DNA of 63,816 nt, filler included, from Dugesia japonica (Eukaryota): NCBI GenBank assembly GCA_001938525.1. It is 6 parts of 6 records of this genome, joined end to end, with 100 filler letters (N's around TTAATTAATTAA, not from the genome) between each part and the next. Parts side by side here need not be neighbours in the genome. Positions count along the whole stretch, not along the records: positions 11,099 to 20,690 come from MQRL01634862.1; positions 20,791 to 31,968 come from MQRL01595317.1; 4 more parts are not named here. One strand, written 5' to 3'. The translations under genes were made by a program, and so were the position numbers. The first letter of the stretch is position 1. The number at the start of each line of letters is the position of its first letter. Positions 13,606 through 28,919 of the stretch are shown in pieces. The notes beneath the pieces were generated by a model. That model had not been told where the DNA came from, did no database searches, and saw only the letters and a list, made by a program, of their open reading frames with translations.

Positions 13606-14704
13606 AGAGGTCTGAAGAAGATAAATGCTGAAGATCTGTTCTTGCTCTAATTTTTTCCGTATAAAAAATGTTTAAAATACACCATGAAATACAAAATGAA
13701 CTCGTGCAATGCCAACAANNNNNNNNNNNNNNNNNNNNNNNNNNNNNNNNNNNNNNNNNNNNNNNNNNNNNNNNNNNNNNNNNNNNNNNNNNNNNNNNNN
13801 NNNNNNNNNNNNNNNNNNNNNNNNCCAATTCTAAATTTGGAGCTGTTTCAGCCCAAAAATATTTATTTATAAAATTTGATATTCGTCTAAAATAATTTAC
13901 AATAAATGTATTGACTAACTTCAACTTTCATACTAATCAACTTTATTTTATTATTATTTATAAATTAAAACAAATACATTGTATAAATGTTTTTATTATA
14001 ACTTTATTTTTACGGTATTTTTATAAATATCTATTGTGTGAATCATAGACATATAATTTAAATTATCTATTTTTATCAAATCTGCAAACAAGAATATTTT
14101 TTTCTTGGATTTTTTATAAATAATACAACCTCGTAAATAGTAATATTTCAAGACAAAAGATTTTCTATTTACATAGTGTAAAAAATTTCAATAATGTAGA
14201 AAAATTTAATAAAAACATTTTAATCATATATTTCATCTTTTCTGAGGCTTTTGGAATATAGCTTAGCATATTCCTATAATAATTATGACAATAACCATTA
14301 GAACTTATTGTTAACTTCAGTAGTTAAAGATTTGTATGTTTAATATTTATTTTTGTTTTTTCTTAAAATATTTATCTAATGATTCCAATTGAGTGAATTA
14401 TTTACTCATTTTTTACTGATTATGAAAAGATGAACAGCTTCTTTATTTGGATCATGAATAAAGAATATGTCAAAATTGATTGAAAAATGTCAAAATGTTC
14501 TGAAATAATGTAAAAATATGGTGAAAAACCCTGTAATTAAAATTAATTTGCTTTGAAAGTGCAAATATTACTTGTATAAAATAATTAAGTTGTAAAAGCT
14601 GTTAAATTTATGAATAAAATTTCAATAAAATCCTGGTAATNGGTGTTTTATTATTAAATTATTTTATATAATTAGATTATATAAAATTTAATATAATTTT
14701 TTAG

Positions 14705-17700
14705 GTAAAACACCCATGAAAATAAACCATTTAAAAGGTAAGAAAATTATAGCAAAAATGAACTACCATGTCTTTTGCCTAATAAAAGACATCCTCTTAA
14801 AAAAAGCTCTAGCGTGATTTTCAGGATCTTTCAAAATATAAGCCCACCCCCAAAACAAGTCCTAGTTAAAATAATGTGAAAAATATATAATTATAAAAAG
14901 AAAACATTTTGTTTAAATTTTTCATTTATATTATAAGTTATGACGATGTTCCAGAAGAAGATGACATGAGTGTATTCGAATAAATTTAAATTAACATAAA
15001 CATATACTTAGATTTATCTAAAGTGTACATATATTTGCTAAAATAAATGTAGTTATAATATCATTTAAAAAATGATAAAAAGTTTTAAATTTGTTAATTT
15101 TAAATGATATAATTTGTTTAAATAATTCATTGTTAATAAATAGTTTTTGTTTAAATAAATAATTATACCAAGTTCAAATCTTTTAAGATACACGAAACAG
15201 AAGAATAAATNGTTTATTAAAAGACAAATGTTTAATATGTGAAAAAGAAGGTCATAATTTTTGAGATTGCCCATTAATTCGAATATTAGATTCTACATTT
15301 CCGAAAATTCTGTGTATTGCAGAAAAAGATGATATGTTATATTAAAGTGGTGAATGAATTGAGTATGTACACGTTATTCCTTCTGACGATGATGACATAA
15401 AACGATCAAAAACCCACTCTATCCCATGCTTAGTAAGATTGCAATAAGAGAGAAAAACTTCAAGATGAAAAATTGTTCAAAATTCGATGTTCAGAAGAGA
15501 GATGGAATAGAATAGAGTTTAATGCGTTGCAGTGTANNNNNNNNNNNNNNNNNNNNNNNNNNNNNNNNNNNNNNNNNNNNNNNNNNAGTGGTGAATGAAT
15601 TGAGTATGTACACGTTATTCCTTCTGACGATGATGACATAAAACGATCAAAAACCCACTCCATCCTATGCTTAGTAAGATTGCAATAAGAGAGAAAATAC
15701 TTCAAGATGAAAAATTGTTCAAAATTCGATGTTCAGAAGAGAGATGGAATAGAATAGAGTTTCATGCGTTGCAGTGTATATGATATTGAGATATTATGGG
15801 ATTCAGAAACACCAATATCAGTCAAAAGTGCGGATGTTTGGAGAAGAATCGGATCATCTGATTTATCCTCCTGACACATTGTTCTAGCAGGAGCTTTTTC
15901 TGTAAAAAAGGGGAAAATGCATCAGGAAAACTAAACTGAAATTACAATGGAAGAAGAAGCTAAGAGAGACAGAAGTAATAATTGTTAGAAATATTTGTCT
16001 CAAATTTATTAGAGGTATTGATATGATGAAGCTATTTGGAATGAAAATTACTGAAGTTGATTTTATTACGCAAACGATGAAAATCTATTGGCCGATAATA
16101 AAGAAAGTGTGAAAGGTGACGTTAATACTTCAAATAATGTCAGCCAAAAATTAAATGAAATTATAGAAATTTACAAAGATATATCTATGGCATACACAAA
16201 ACTAGTGAAACATTATATTAAAACGACAGGATCTCCAATAATGATCTCCGATGCACTTCGAAAATAAAATAGATGAATTGTAAAAAAATCTTAGAAAATC
16301 CAATATTATAAAAAATTGCAGAAGTCCATGGAATTCTCTATTGGTAATTTTACCAAAGAAAGATAGGACGATAAGAATGTGTCTTGATTTTAGAAAATTG
16401 AATTNAATTACAGAAAAGTATTCGTTTCCAGTTCCAGATATTCAACTATTATTAGATACGCTTGAAGGATCAATTTATTTTCTTCTTTACATTTAGGGTA
16501 AGCAAATTATCAAATTGAACTAAGAGAAGAATCATAACTGAAGACGGCTTTTAGTACAAAGATAGGCCAATTTTGTTATAATCGAATGCCCGTCGAATTA
16601 TGTACTACATCAGCAAGATTTTGAATCTTGATGCATAAAATATTTGAAGGAATGTTGCGCAANGAAGAATTAGTATATCTGGATCATAAAGCATTAACTT
16701 TTTTGACGAAGAATAGTAAGTCTATTAGTTCTCAGTTTCAAACATGGATAACAAATCTAGCAGAATTTAATTTTGATCCAAAATTCTGTAAAGGAGCAGC
16801 TCATGAAAATGCTGATTGACTTTGTTCCGAATGTTAGACTATACACCAAGATGCCAAAAGGGAACGATCCTAAGTAATAATAATCAACACTTTAGACAAA
16901 ACAAACTTTGATAGAAGACAAATTAAAGAGGCACAGAGAAACGATCCAATAACGAGAGAAATCATTGAATATATTGAAAGTGGAATAATAAATAATAAGC
17001 TGAGCACAATAGTGACCAAAAGTAAATATTTTTGCAAACTGGAAAAGTTTGAATTGGATAATGAGATACTGATTATCAAGGAAGGACACAAGTAAAAAAT
17101 TGCACTGGCAGGAAAATCGATACCCGACCTTATGGATTTCATACTTGATAAGTTATGTCAGGTAGGAAGCCAACAACTGACGGAATATTTGAGTGTAAGT
17201 TATTTTTGGCCAAATGTGCAAAGAAATGTAGAACTAAAAAAATGTATGATATGTAACATTTGTGAAAAGTACACTGGGTGAACAAAGGAATTTCTTATTA
17301 CAAGAACAGAATTTGAAACATTAAAACAGGTTATCGTGGATATCGCTTACTTTCCAGAAGTGAAAGCCAAAAGGAAATATGTTCTCGTCATGGTTGACAG
17401 GTGTAGTAAGTTAGTGTCATTCGTGGCGTTAAGTGAACAGTATGAAACATTGGTAAGTGAAGCAATAAAGGAAAACTAGATATATCGTTTTGTTAAGCCA
17501 AAATCATTTTTGATCAACAGAGTAAAAATTTCTGAAGGAAAGTTATTGCAGTCACTTAAAGAAAAGTTTTAGATTCAAAATGAATTTTCGTGCCCATATC
17601 AACATCAATCAAATAGTTTAGCAGAAAAAAATATTAGAACACTGCAAGACATGATGGCAATAACGATAACAAACGGCTGCATAAAATCAGGTTTGGACAA

Positions 17701-18385
17701 ATTACTTCCACGAATTCAGTTTGTAATAAATCCAATACAACAAAAATCGCCTGGTCTATCTCCTTTTGAAATTATCTTTAGAAGAAGAATAGTCTACCAT
17801 GGATTACCGAAACATGAAAAAATGAAAAAACTGACAGATGAAAATTTACAGAGAGGATCTCAAAAATTAAGCAAATATGAATATGAAAAGCGAACTTCCA
17901 GACATTTTGAAGGGGGAAAGTATTAGTGAAAGTAGAACAACACAAGTTAAAGAAAGAAAGTTTCAGATATGAAAGTCCTTACAAAATCAGTAAAATTTAT
18001 AATCCCACATCAGGTGCTTAAAGATTATGCATAACAGCTTAAACCATGAAGACTTGAATGGCTGAAGAAAATTGAAAATGAAAATTATAAAGAGAGAGAG
18101 AAAGCAGTTATATATCATTTATAAAGTGATATAACGTTTTAAATTTGTTAATATTAAATGATATTATTTGTTTAAATAATTCATTGTTAATAAATAGTTT
18201 TTGTTTAAATAAATAATTTTGGAAAGTTCAAGTCTTTTAACTAAATTAATAAATGTGAAATTCTTATATATAAATAAATATCAAACGAATATATCTAGAA
18301 AAACTTAAAAAATAAGACATCCCCCGATAATAAGAACTAAAACCTATCTTGACTAAAAAAGAAAATTTGACAGTGTCTTGTATGT
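14705..18385 (+). mobile_element. pogo/Tigger-type non-autonomous element split by a Gypsy insertion (arms ~14705-15047 and ~18241-18385)
   Basis: Repeated AAAATAAGAC/AATATAAGCC subterminal motifs of the kind seen in Tigger-like elements occur on both sides of the LTR element (e.g. 'aataaaagacatcctctt' ~14780 and 'aaaataagacatcccccgataataag' ~18310). Confidence 0.5.
15048..18240 (+). mobile_element. Degenerate Ty3/Gypsy LTR retrotransposon with both LTRs
   Basis: Direct repeats 15048-15186 and ~18104-18240 (TGTAGTTAT.. start), with a polypurine tract at 18091-18103. Internal remnants are RT ('IRMCLDFRKLN', 'KTAFST', 'YNRMP'), RNase H and integrase ('GLSPFEIIF'), with many stops and deletions. 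Confidence 0.88.
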
Positions 18386-20139
18386 ATCTGATTAATAATG
18401 AAATTTAACTGAAAATTAACACAAATAATATTCCATAAATACAAAAAAAAATAAATAAATTAAGTAGAAATGAAACAAAATTAGAATTTTTACAGTGAGG
18501 ATTTTTATTTTAGTGTATTTTTAATTTTTTATAATTTGTATTTCAATTCAATTGAATTTGTGTTATTTTTGTAATAATTTTTAAATTAGAAAGACAGTTT
18601 TTGTTTTATTATTCAGGATTGTATGGAGTAGGTTTTAAAAAAGTTGTATATATATATATATATATTTGCATACATTGCATTGTTGGTTTAAATTGTTTTT
18701 TAAAAAACATTTATTAACAGACTTGCAAAATTTTATTTATTTTGATTATATAATTATATTATAATAATATATAATTATAATATTATATAATTTAATTGTT
18801 AAATTTTAAGAGTAATTGCTTCAAGTTGCGATTGGTATTTTTTCAGAGAAGTCAAGAAGAATTAAATTTTATTTTGATGAATAAGTTTTCTGGAAGTAAA
18901 ACACGCGTCTTGTGTATATGCTGGATCTGTGCCTGACATATAGTATTTAATAAAATAATAATTCTCAATCAAGAAAAAAGAATAACCTAAAGGCAACTAA
19001 GACGTTAAACGAAAGTATTAAAACTGAAAGCGAAGAATGTTCACTAAGTCTCAACCAATCACGTGTAACCAATAAGAAATGTTCGCGTGGTATCTTAACC
19101 AATAATAAAACCTCAAATAAAAATTTAGAAAGGAGCTGATCAAAGAAAATCTTGAAGGTATGAATCTGTAAACTACAAAAAAAACCACTGTGTTAGGAAA
19201 ATGAGTTTTGAAATTAAAATTGATTGATTAATTTGGTGGAAATCCGTGGATTGAATTAATTGTAGCTAATAATCGATTGTCAGTTCAAATTTCTACAAAA
19301 ATTGTATCACCATATTGAAAGAAAATTCAAATTTCTAAATAATCGCCGAGAAAAATGAATAGACAATTGTCAACTTTTATCCGGATTTTTAGGTGATTAG
19401 CGTGATTAGCGGCTCTCGAATGTCAGATTTGCTTCTCAAACAAGTTATTTTTGAAACGGGAAAATTTCTAATTTAAATCGTTAATATAGAATTCTGAAAA
19501 AATAGGATGTGGATAATTAGAGATTCGATTGATCGAGTTGCTGTAAATAAAGTTCTGTATTGGAATTATGAATTTTTTCTGGAGTTTTCTTTGATCGGTG
19601 AGTTAATTTTTCTTTTTGTAACTTTCAAAATGAATTTTCAGTAAATTATAATGTTTCTGTGTATTCGATTCGTTTATAAGAATGAGTAATTAAAGGTAAG
19701 TTTTCTATGTTTTTCTGAAGCTTTTATCCTCAATTTAGTATCCAGAATCATTTTCCATTGGTTGCTTTGGCTCATTTTTTGGATGTCTTTCCCAAGAAAC
19801 TATTTTGTATTCTCTGGAGATTTGCAATTTATCCCAAGTAATCATTTGTTTTAGTTTCTTAATTCATTTACACTTGATCTCTTCGATATGCTTCGTTATT
19901 TGAATTTATTCTGGAATTTTATAACTTAATAATGGAATTAATCCGCAATTTGGTAAGGTTTGCTGTCTTTATTGAATAAGTTTTATTTAATTACTGTTTG
20001 TTACTATTATTTTGATTAGGAGTTTTCTTTTTACAAACTGTTGGGTTGGGTTTTGACCCAATAAATGTTATTCTTTTGGTAAATTAAATAGCTGATCCAA
20101 GGGGGGGGGGCTGCCCCCCTAAACTTTTTAAATTAATTT

Positions 20140-20337
20140 TTGAATATCAGGCTGACAGATTGTCAGCCCTATACTGTCTATATAACTATAAAATGACGTC
20201 ATATATCAGTATCCGAATAGTCCGATTTTAAATCCGCACGGCACAATTTACAGTCTGCTGATTCAGGACTATTTGGATATCGATATATGACGTCATCTTA
20301 TAGTTAAGGCGGATAATATGTCTGCCTGATATTCAAA
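20140..20337. mobile_element. Hairpin-forming MITE, apparently inside a hAT-like element (GC-rich ends near 20091-20120 and 20430-20450)
   Basis: Inverted repeats TTGAATATCAGGC...GCCTGATATTCAA, with inner arms TAACTATAAAATGACGTCATATATC / GATATATGACGTCATCTTATAGTTA. Confidence 0.7.
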
Positions 20338-21187
20338 GAAAAATCAACTGAACAATCTTAATGATTTGTGGACAGTTGGCTTGTCTATGGTTGCCACAAA
20401 AACCTGAAAGTTACCTCCCCCTTTACTGGACGGTCCGGATCCGCCCCCCTCCCCTCAGAGGTTTCAAATTTTGAATGACAAGCACAAACATGAGTTCTAC
20501 TTCAGGGGTTTTCAATTTAAGAATGGCATCGTAGCAGGTACCAACACAAAGGTTTGTCGAACAAACTAATGAAGCAACACATATTGCTATTTGTAACGAA
20601 AATCTCCAGCGTACCGCTGTGATTGATCACCTCGTCGACTTAAACAATTATTGAAATTATAAATTGATTTTATCTATGTAGATGACGAGANNNNNNNNNN
20701 NNNNNNNNNNNNNNNNNNNNNNNNNNNNNNNNNNTTAATTAATTAANNNNNNNNNNNNNNNNNNNNNNNNNNNNNNNNNNNNNNNNNNNNTCAATTTTTC
20801 GTAAATTCTAAATATTTGTTATAAATTTGGAATCCTAAATAACTGAATTATTAAAACAATTGTTTTGAAATTTTCATAAATTAAATATTTCAAAATTAAA
20901 ATAAATAAATAAATAAATAAATTAATTAAAAATTATTTTTTAAAATTAATTTGATTATGAAAATATTTTATTTTAATAATTATTACCAGCCAGAAAAGTG
21001 CTTTGAGTCATGCATACACCGAATTTTTTCTAAAGAAAAGGTTGGAGAATTCTATAATAAAAAACTAAATGATATTTAAAAAAACCCAAAAATAAAAATA
21101 TTCGACTTTAGTGATAATGACAAAATTTGGGGTTTTTAGTGGATTTCATAGAATTTTTATTATTTATTAAAAATTTTGTCTTTAGCA

Positions 21188-21599
21188 TAGTGTTTCTAAA
21201 CCTGAGCGATCAAAAGGAATTGATGGGCGTTGAAAAGTGAATACAGAGTTAGTGGGTGTTGGTGAGCTATGAAAGGTTAATTTTTATAACTTGTATACAT
21301 TATGAAAGTAGGACATCTGAGCATTATTATAACATAAAAATAAAAAGTTTACCTTTTTTCAAAGACATTTTGTAAAAATTGCCAACTTTTGTTTTTTCGT
21401 TAACAGAATTCATTAATGAAGAGGTATCATTATATCTTTGCTTTTTTTAAACTATTTTTATTCTTATCTTTATTTATCAGAGTGTTAATTCAATAGTAAC
21501 ATTACATTTCAATGTAATACTAAATGGGTAGCAGAAATTATCGGGGGGGAGGGGTAATCAGTGAAATACGCCGAAGTAAACAAAGATTGGGAAACACTG
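21188..21599. mobile_element. hAT (Charlie-type) MITE with 8-bp TSD
   Basis: Termini TAGTGTTTCTAAACCT and AGATTGGGAAACACTG. Flanks are CTTTAGCA (21180-21187) and ATTTAGCA (21600-21607). Confidence 0.8.
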
Positions 21600-22534
21600 A
21601 TTTAGCATTTGTCATTAAGAACAAAACTATTATTATGTACAGGAGATTTGAAAAAAATAATAGACAGGTATAAAGGGAATTGAACAATAGAAATAAACGT
21701 ATTGATTTATTAAACACTATAGGAAAATTATTTTTTCTTTGGTTGCCATGTATATCATAAGATTTTGAAGATAACTAAGGATAGTTTTGTTTTTAAGTTT
21801 TCCATTAGGTAATTCATGAGAAGCGAAAATTTAAAGAAGCTTCATACTCGAAGAATTCTAAAACACTTTAATCAACTTTNACTTATCACAAAAATAAATT
21901 TCAATACGCTTGGCCTTGTACCATAATTTTAGGGTTTCATAATGCAAATAGATAAATGTTGTTCCTATTGATTCGGTAATAATATTTTAAAATAATTATG
22001 CAGTTTTTATATTTTCCAATAAGAAGGTTGGAAATTCAAAATTTTTAAATTTAATTAATGTGGTCTCGTAAATATATGGTCTCGAAATGAAAAGTATTTC
22101 GTCCACCGAAGAATACACAGGGTTGAACATGTTGAATATTTTCTATGAATCTATTTAATCTACTTAATCTACTTAATTTGGTTTTACAGGTTTTATGATG
22201 AATAATACGAATCAACAACCACGCGTTAATTTGGTTTTACTTTTATATATTTAAAATATTTTAATTCTATTGAAGTTAAAATTCTGAAATTAAAAGAATT
22301 TCTTATTATTATTAAAATTATTTTTAAATACAACAAATATGTATGTTGTATATGTATATGTATATAAACAAAAATATTTAAATAAATTATCAATTTGTTA
22401 AAAGTGTAATTTCCGATCAAGATTTACTTTTTTACAATTTACAATTCACATAATTTTATTTATTTATTATTTATCTTCACAAATATTATTTAGAATTAAT
22501 CATGCATTATTAAAAAAATTAATCTATATTTTAA

Positions 22535-22597
<63 letters not shown>

Positions 22598-22647
22598 NNN
22601 NNNNNNNNNNNNNNNNNNNNNNNNNNNNNNNNNNNNNNNNNNNNNNN

Positions 22648-22710
<63 letters not shown>

Positions 22711-23442
22711 TGCAATTCATATTAACAAATAAATGGTTCAATATATTCATTTTAGAAGTATAATTATTCAGTCAGAATTGGTGTTGTTTGATTAATTAAT
22801 TTGAAAAGATTACATTTTCGATTGATATTAGGAATATATTAGGAATATATTAAATTTTGTATTTTATATATTTAATATCATGCGTTATTTGATTTTGAAC
22901 GACAAATAATAAATGGTATGAATAAAAAATAATTAAGAAAAATGAACCAAAAACTGAAATTTAAATTTATAAAATTAAACGTTTTACTAGAAAATCATTT
23001 TATATAGTATAATTCTTTAATATTTGCGATTGTTAAATTTTTGCTGTAAACAAGATCTCGCCAATGTAAGATAATTCTTTCTAAGAAATTCATCCTGATG
23101 GCATCAACAATAACTTGCCGATAAAGTTCATTTTCACACAAGATTACTCTTTAGATCTCTTTTACGCCTCAGTTACATTGTTTTACTGTGAATAATAATT
23201 TAACTTGTTATAATTTCGGCTTAACGAATTAATTAACTAAGCAACACTAAACTCATTAGACTGCTGTTTATTCAGAATTGTTCTATGAGAAATGTATTTA
23301 TTTTCAACAATACAGAGACATCCTTGTAATATATAAACTAATTGGTAAGATAAATTTTCAAGTAAAGGTCATACGTTTATCTTAAATCAGGTCATTAGTT
23401 GTAATTCATATTCGTTACTTTATTATAGATATTGTTATTACG

Positions 23443-23490
<48 letters not shown>

Positions 23491-23601
23491 NNNNNNNNNN
23501 NNNNNNNNNNNNNNNNNNNNNNNNNNNNNNNNNNNNNNNNNNNNNNNNNNNNNNNNNNNNNNNNNNNNNNNNNNNNNNNNNNNNNNNNNNNNNNNNNNNN
23601 N

Positions 23602-23641
<40 letters not shown>

Positions 23642-24780
23642 AGAAAGTCTCAAAAAATAGTACAACCTACTTCAGTATCAGTTATATACTTCACATTTAC
23701 TTTCATAAAATTATTATTGTAGTGAATCGGAAATAATTCTGATTCGCAATTGAATAAATTTGAAAGCTGAAAGAAAGCGAAATTTATGCATATAATGCTT
23801 TTTAAATAATGAAATATAAATTATTTACATAAGAAAATTAGAATTCATGATTATAATACTAATAAAATGAATATTTAAAAAGATGAATTACAGTCGTATT
23901 TTGATGAAATTGATTACCTTATTTTGCATTATTGCTTATTTTATATTTAGATCTCTTTCAGGAAATGTTTTCTTCTTTTTCTCTTTATAAAGATTTCCAT
24001 TTCTTTCTAACATAACTATCAACTAATTTTATCATAAAATGATACAAGTGAAACACACTATTTTTATAAATATGTTAGTAATATATTTACATTTCACAGC
24101 TTGCTATTTCGATGCGGAATCCGATATTCATCTGTTCTATTCATTCTAGTAAATTAATTTCATGGTTTTTTGTAATTTTTGTTTAAGTTTTAATAGTTTA
24201 ATGCACTTTCGTTTGCCCGATTTTCACATTAAAATTGAACAAAATCTTTATTAAATATAATTACTATATTTGAACCATCTTATTTCCATCTCTTTCATAA
24301 CTTATTAATCTGGTGATTATAGAAAATCAGATCCATGTAATTTTTCAAGTATTTCAAAGTTGAAAAGTTTCTACAATCTAAGTGCTTTTAAAAAGATATA
24401 ATAAATAGTAGTCGGATATCGCAGGTTGGGAGAGTACTCGCTAAAATTTCTTATGTTACGCCGCGTCAAAACTTTACACATAAAAGTAATAACGTTTCGG
24501 CTTTTTGATACATGTCTTGAAGTTATTGAATATTACCAATTTTCACTTCGGGTTTTTCTTTGTATAACATACCTGGAATTCCAGCATATTTTTTATGCGA
24601 TTTCAAGCAAAAATTCAACATTTTAGACAAAATTTATTAAAAAAAAATAAAAATTTTAACATGCAAATAGACATTTAAATGTTTAGTCACATATATAAAT
24701 TAATAATATATAGTTAATTTACATATTAAAATTAACTATTCAAATACAATAAATAGGGAATGATAACTAAAAGAATAAGC

Positions 24781-25536
<756 letters not shown>

Positions 25537-26792
25537 GATTTATTTTACATTCAACAATTTCAAATAACATATTTTAGCAATAAAAATTCATCTTAATAAT
25601 AAGACAATTTAATAATGAGTAATAAGAAAATCGTAAAGTGCAACACAAAAATTATCCATTTTAAATATTATTTTATATCGCCAATTAAACTAGTACAAAT
25701 GACAAATTATAACTGATAAAATCGAAAATCTGGTTAATATCTCGTAAATTAAAATAATAATGCCATATNAAATCTATAAAAAATATTATCTGAACATTTG
25801 TTAATATGGATAAAAATAAACTTTAAAGATTTATACAGAAAATTTATTTATTTTTTATTTATGATTTATTTTTCCAATGAAAATCTTCAAAATTAAAATA
25901 AGTAAACTAAAATTCAATTTTAAGATGTAAAATATACGTGTTACATATAGTATTAGTCAACTTTTTAAAATCCATTAATTATTTGGTCAAAGTTCGTAAA
26001 AATGTATTTTATTGACAATATTGTCAGTTATTACTGAAATTATTAAAATGACCAACTTGATCTAAAGGATTTTCTGGTTCACACAAAATTTGTTTTACTT
26101 CATCTAAAACAATAAAAATATTATTTTCAGTTAACATAGAATGACTAATATTGTAAGTAATATTTAAATCAATGAAAATCGGAATAATTATAAATCAATA
26201 TTCATCAAATTCATCAAATTTATTATAGAAAAACATATAATTGAAAAACGAATTCCAATTAGTATATACAATTAATAATAAAAAATGAATCATTAATCTA
26301 TAAATTAAAAATGATGAAGAAGACGATAATTACAAATAATGATTAAAATATTGATTTATCAAATATACGCATAGGTCATCTAAATAAATAAAATTTAATA
26401 CTAATTTATCATTTCTGCTAAATTACAGTTGTCGATAATGTATTTGTTGGCGAAACATTGGTGTTTTTGGACACACATATGAGATGTCGTGATATGGACC
26501 AAAAACGAAGTAATTAACCGATTATAATTTATAGTAGGGGTGCTCAGAGGTTTATGTCTGCTGAATCATTTTCGAAATTTTAAAAATGCTGTTAAGTTCT
26601 CGATAAAACTTGAATCTGAATTTTATTTTATTATTATAGTTAATATTAAAAAAAAGAAATAAATTTGAAAGGTAAAAAAGGAGAAAAGAAACTTTATTTT
26701 TTGCGTTCATAAAAAATCAAATTTTAATTATTTTAATATTTTACTTCAAGGATTATTAAACATTTAAATGATATTTTTTAATTTTCGTTTTT

Positions 26793-28423
26793 TTGGTAGA
26801 AAAAATTACAAATAAGCCAAACCATGCGAAATTGACACAAAGTACATATAGAATCTTTCGAGGCACAACAACAGGGCGTGCCATATTTCATGAACTAGAA
26901 ATATGTTTTGATAATTCGGGATTACCGTGGAATAAACTTGTGTCTGTAGCAACTGATGGTGCACTAGCAATATGCTCTGAAAAAATTGGTGTTGTTGGAT
27001 TAATGAAAGAGAAACTGGAACATCTTGGTGTGACAGGCACGTTTACAGCTGTACATTGTATAATTCATCAAGAAGTACTCTGTTGCAAAATTCTGCACAT
27101 GGGCGAAGTCATGGACGTTTTTGTAAGTACGATCAACTTTATCCGTGCAAGATGTCTCAGTCACAGACAGTTCAATTACTTTCCGTCTACCTTAGACATT
27201 TAGTATGGTGAATTACTGTATCACACTGAAACTAGATAGTTAAGTAGAGGAAATGCTCTGAAGAGTTTTTTTTGCTTTGCGACAAGAAATAGCGCTCTTC
27301 ATGGCAATGAAGAACAAAGATGTTCAGCATTTATATCTCGTTTAGCGTTTCTGACCGATATCACAATGCTACTGAACTAACTGAACTTAAAGCTTCAAGG
27401 TGCAAATCAGATGATTGTTCAAATGTTTTATAGTGTCAAGTCCTTCAAATGCAAGCTCTAATTATGGAAAAACCAACTTGGCTACGGTAAGCTGGATCAT
27501 TTTCCCGCTCTGCAGTCATTAACAAGAGTGGAATCTGAACAACTGACGGAATTTGTAGGTATAATTTTAAGTTTGCGGGAAGAATTCGACCGCCGTTTTC
27601 AGGAATTTAGAAACTTGAACCGCAATATAAAGTTTTTGCTACACTATTTACAGTGGACGCAAATAGTGTTCCAGATGAACTACAGATGGAGATTTTAGAA
27701 CTTCAATGTGACACCATTCTGAAACAGACTTAAATAACTGTTGATCTTGTAAATTTCTATAAATGCTTACAAAGCGAGAAATGTCCAAATTTACTTGCTA
27801 TGTGTACCAGGATAATGTCAATGTTTGGTAGCACATATTTGTGCGAACAATTCTTCTCATCAATGAGGATTAACAAATCTGTTCTGCGGTCGAGGATCAC
27901 TAATGAACATTTGCAGGCAACCTTACGACTGGCTATATCACATGATATCAAGCCCAATGCTGGTAAATGCGAAACGCTGCNNNNNNNNNNNNNNNNNNNN
28001 NNNNNNNNNNNNNNNNNNNNNNNNNNNNNNNNNNNNNNNNNNNNNNNNNNNNNNNNNNNNNNNNNNNNNNNNNTTTTTTTCTTTTAGAATAATATTTCTA
28101 TGATTTCCAATAATTAGCCTACTAAATGTCCTAAACATATAATATAAATAATTAAATGAAATAATTATGAAGAATTTCAGCCAATAAAAATAGGTGACAA
28201 TAATTAATTTATTCAAAAATAAATTATCTTTGTAAGATTTAACTAACAAATACAATACAATATAATTATAATATTATAATACGTTTATTTTGTAATACTT
28301 TTACTAATAGTGTTGCATACAGTGGAACAAATTGTTGCAATGAGTTACAGTATTACTGCGGTCCGATGACTAACGAATTCGGTCTAATGTGGCCCTAGAG
28401 ATCATTTGAGTTTGAGACCTCTG
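26793..28423 (+). mobile_element. hAT Charlie/SPIN-type (GTF2IRD2-like) transposase pseudogene with right TIR
   Basis: Motifs 'GTTTG..IF', 'LVSVATDGA', 'HCIIHQE', 'LLYHTE' and 'SMFGSTYLCEQFFSSMRINKS..RSR'. The 3' terminus GAGTTTGAGACCTCTG ends at 28423. Confidence 0.9.
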
Positions 28424-28919
28424 GTTTAGTGGTAAAAATTTAATTTATTAATATATTTATTAATAATTGCAAAATATCAGTCACCACAGATTCGTTGAAA
28501 TCAATTATTATGTTAATTTTTTTCTAAAAAATCTAATCAAAGCTCTCTAATTTTTAGTTAGATGTTCAGTAAAGATAATAAACTGCAGAAGTTGTCTAAC
28601 AGTTGTACAGTGTGATCAGCTAATTATTAATGATAATAAATGGGATTTAATATAATACAAACATTCATTAATTAAAAATGTGAAAGGTTTTCATACTTTA
28701 TGTGTTGGGGAACTACTAAATTTTTCTAAATAAATATAGTTAGATGAGTCTAAGACGCTTATTGTTGAATTTAAAAGAGTTTCTTTTTAATTCATTAAAT
28801 ATTTATTGAAAAATAAAAAAAATTTCAATTTCTTTTTTCAAACAAATTAAATAATTTTATAATTACAAATATTGCGAGAATAATGATTGGGTTTAACTAT
28901 TTATATAATTTGCGATTTA

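Noticed and set aside
15347-15780. ~190-bp direct repeat in the Gypsy gag region
   Set aside because: Straddles a gap and is near-identical; likely an assembly artefact.
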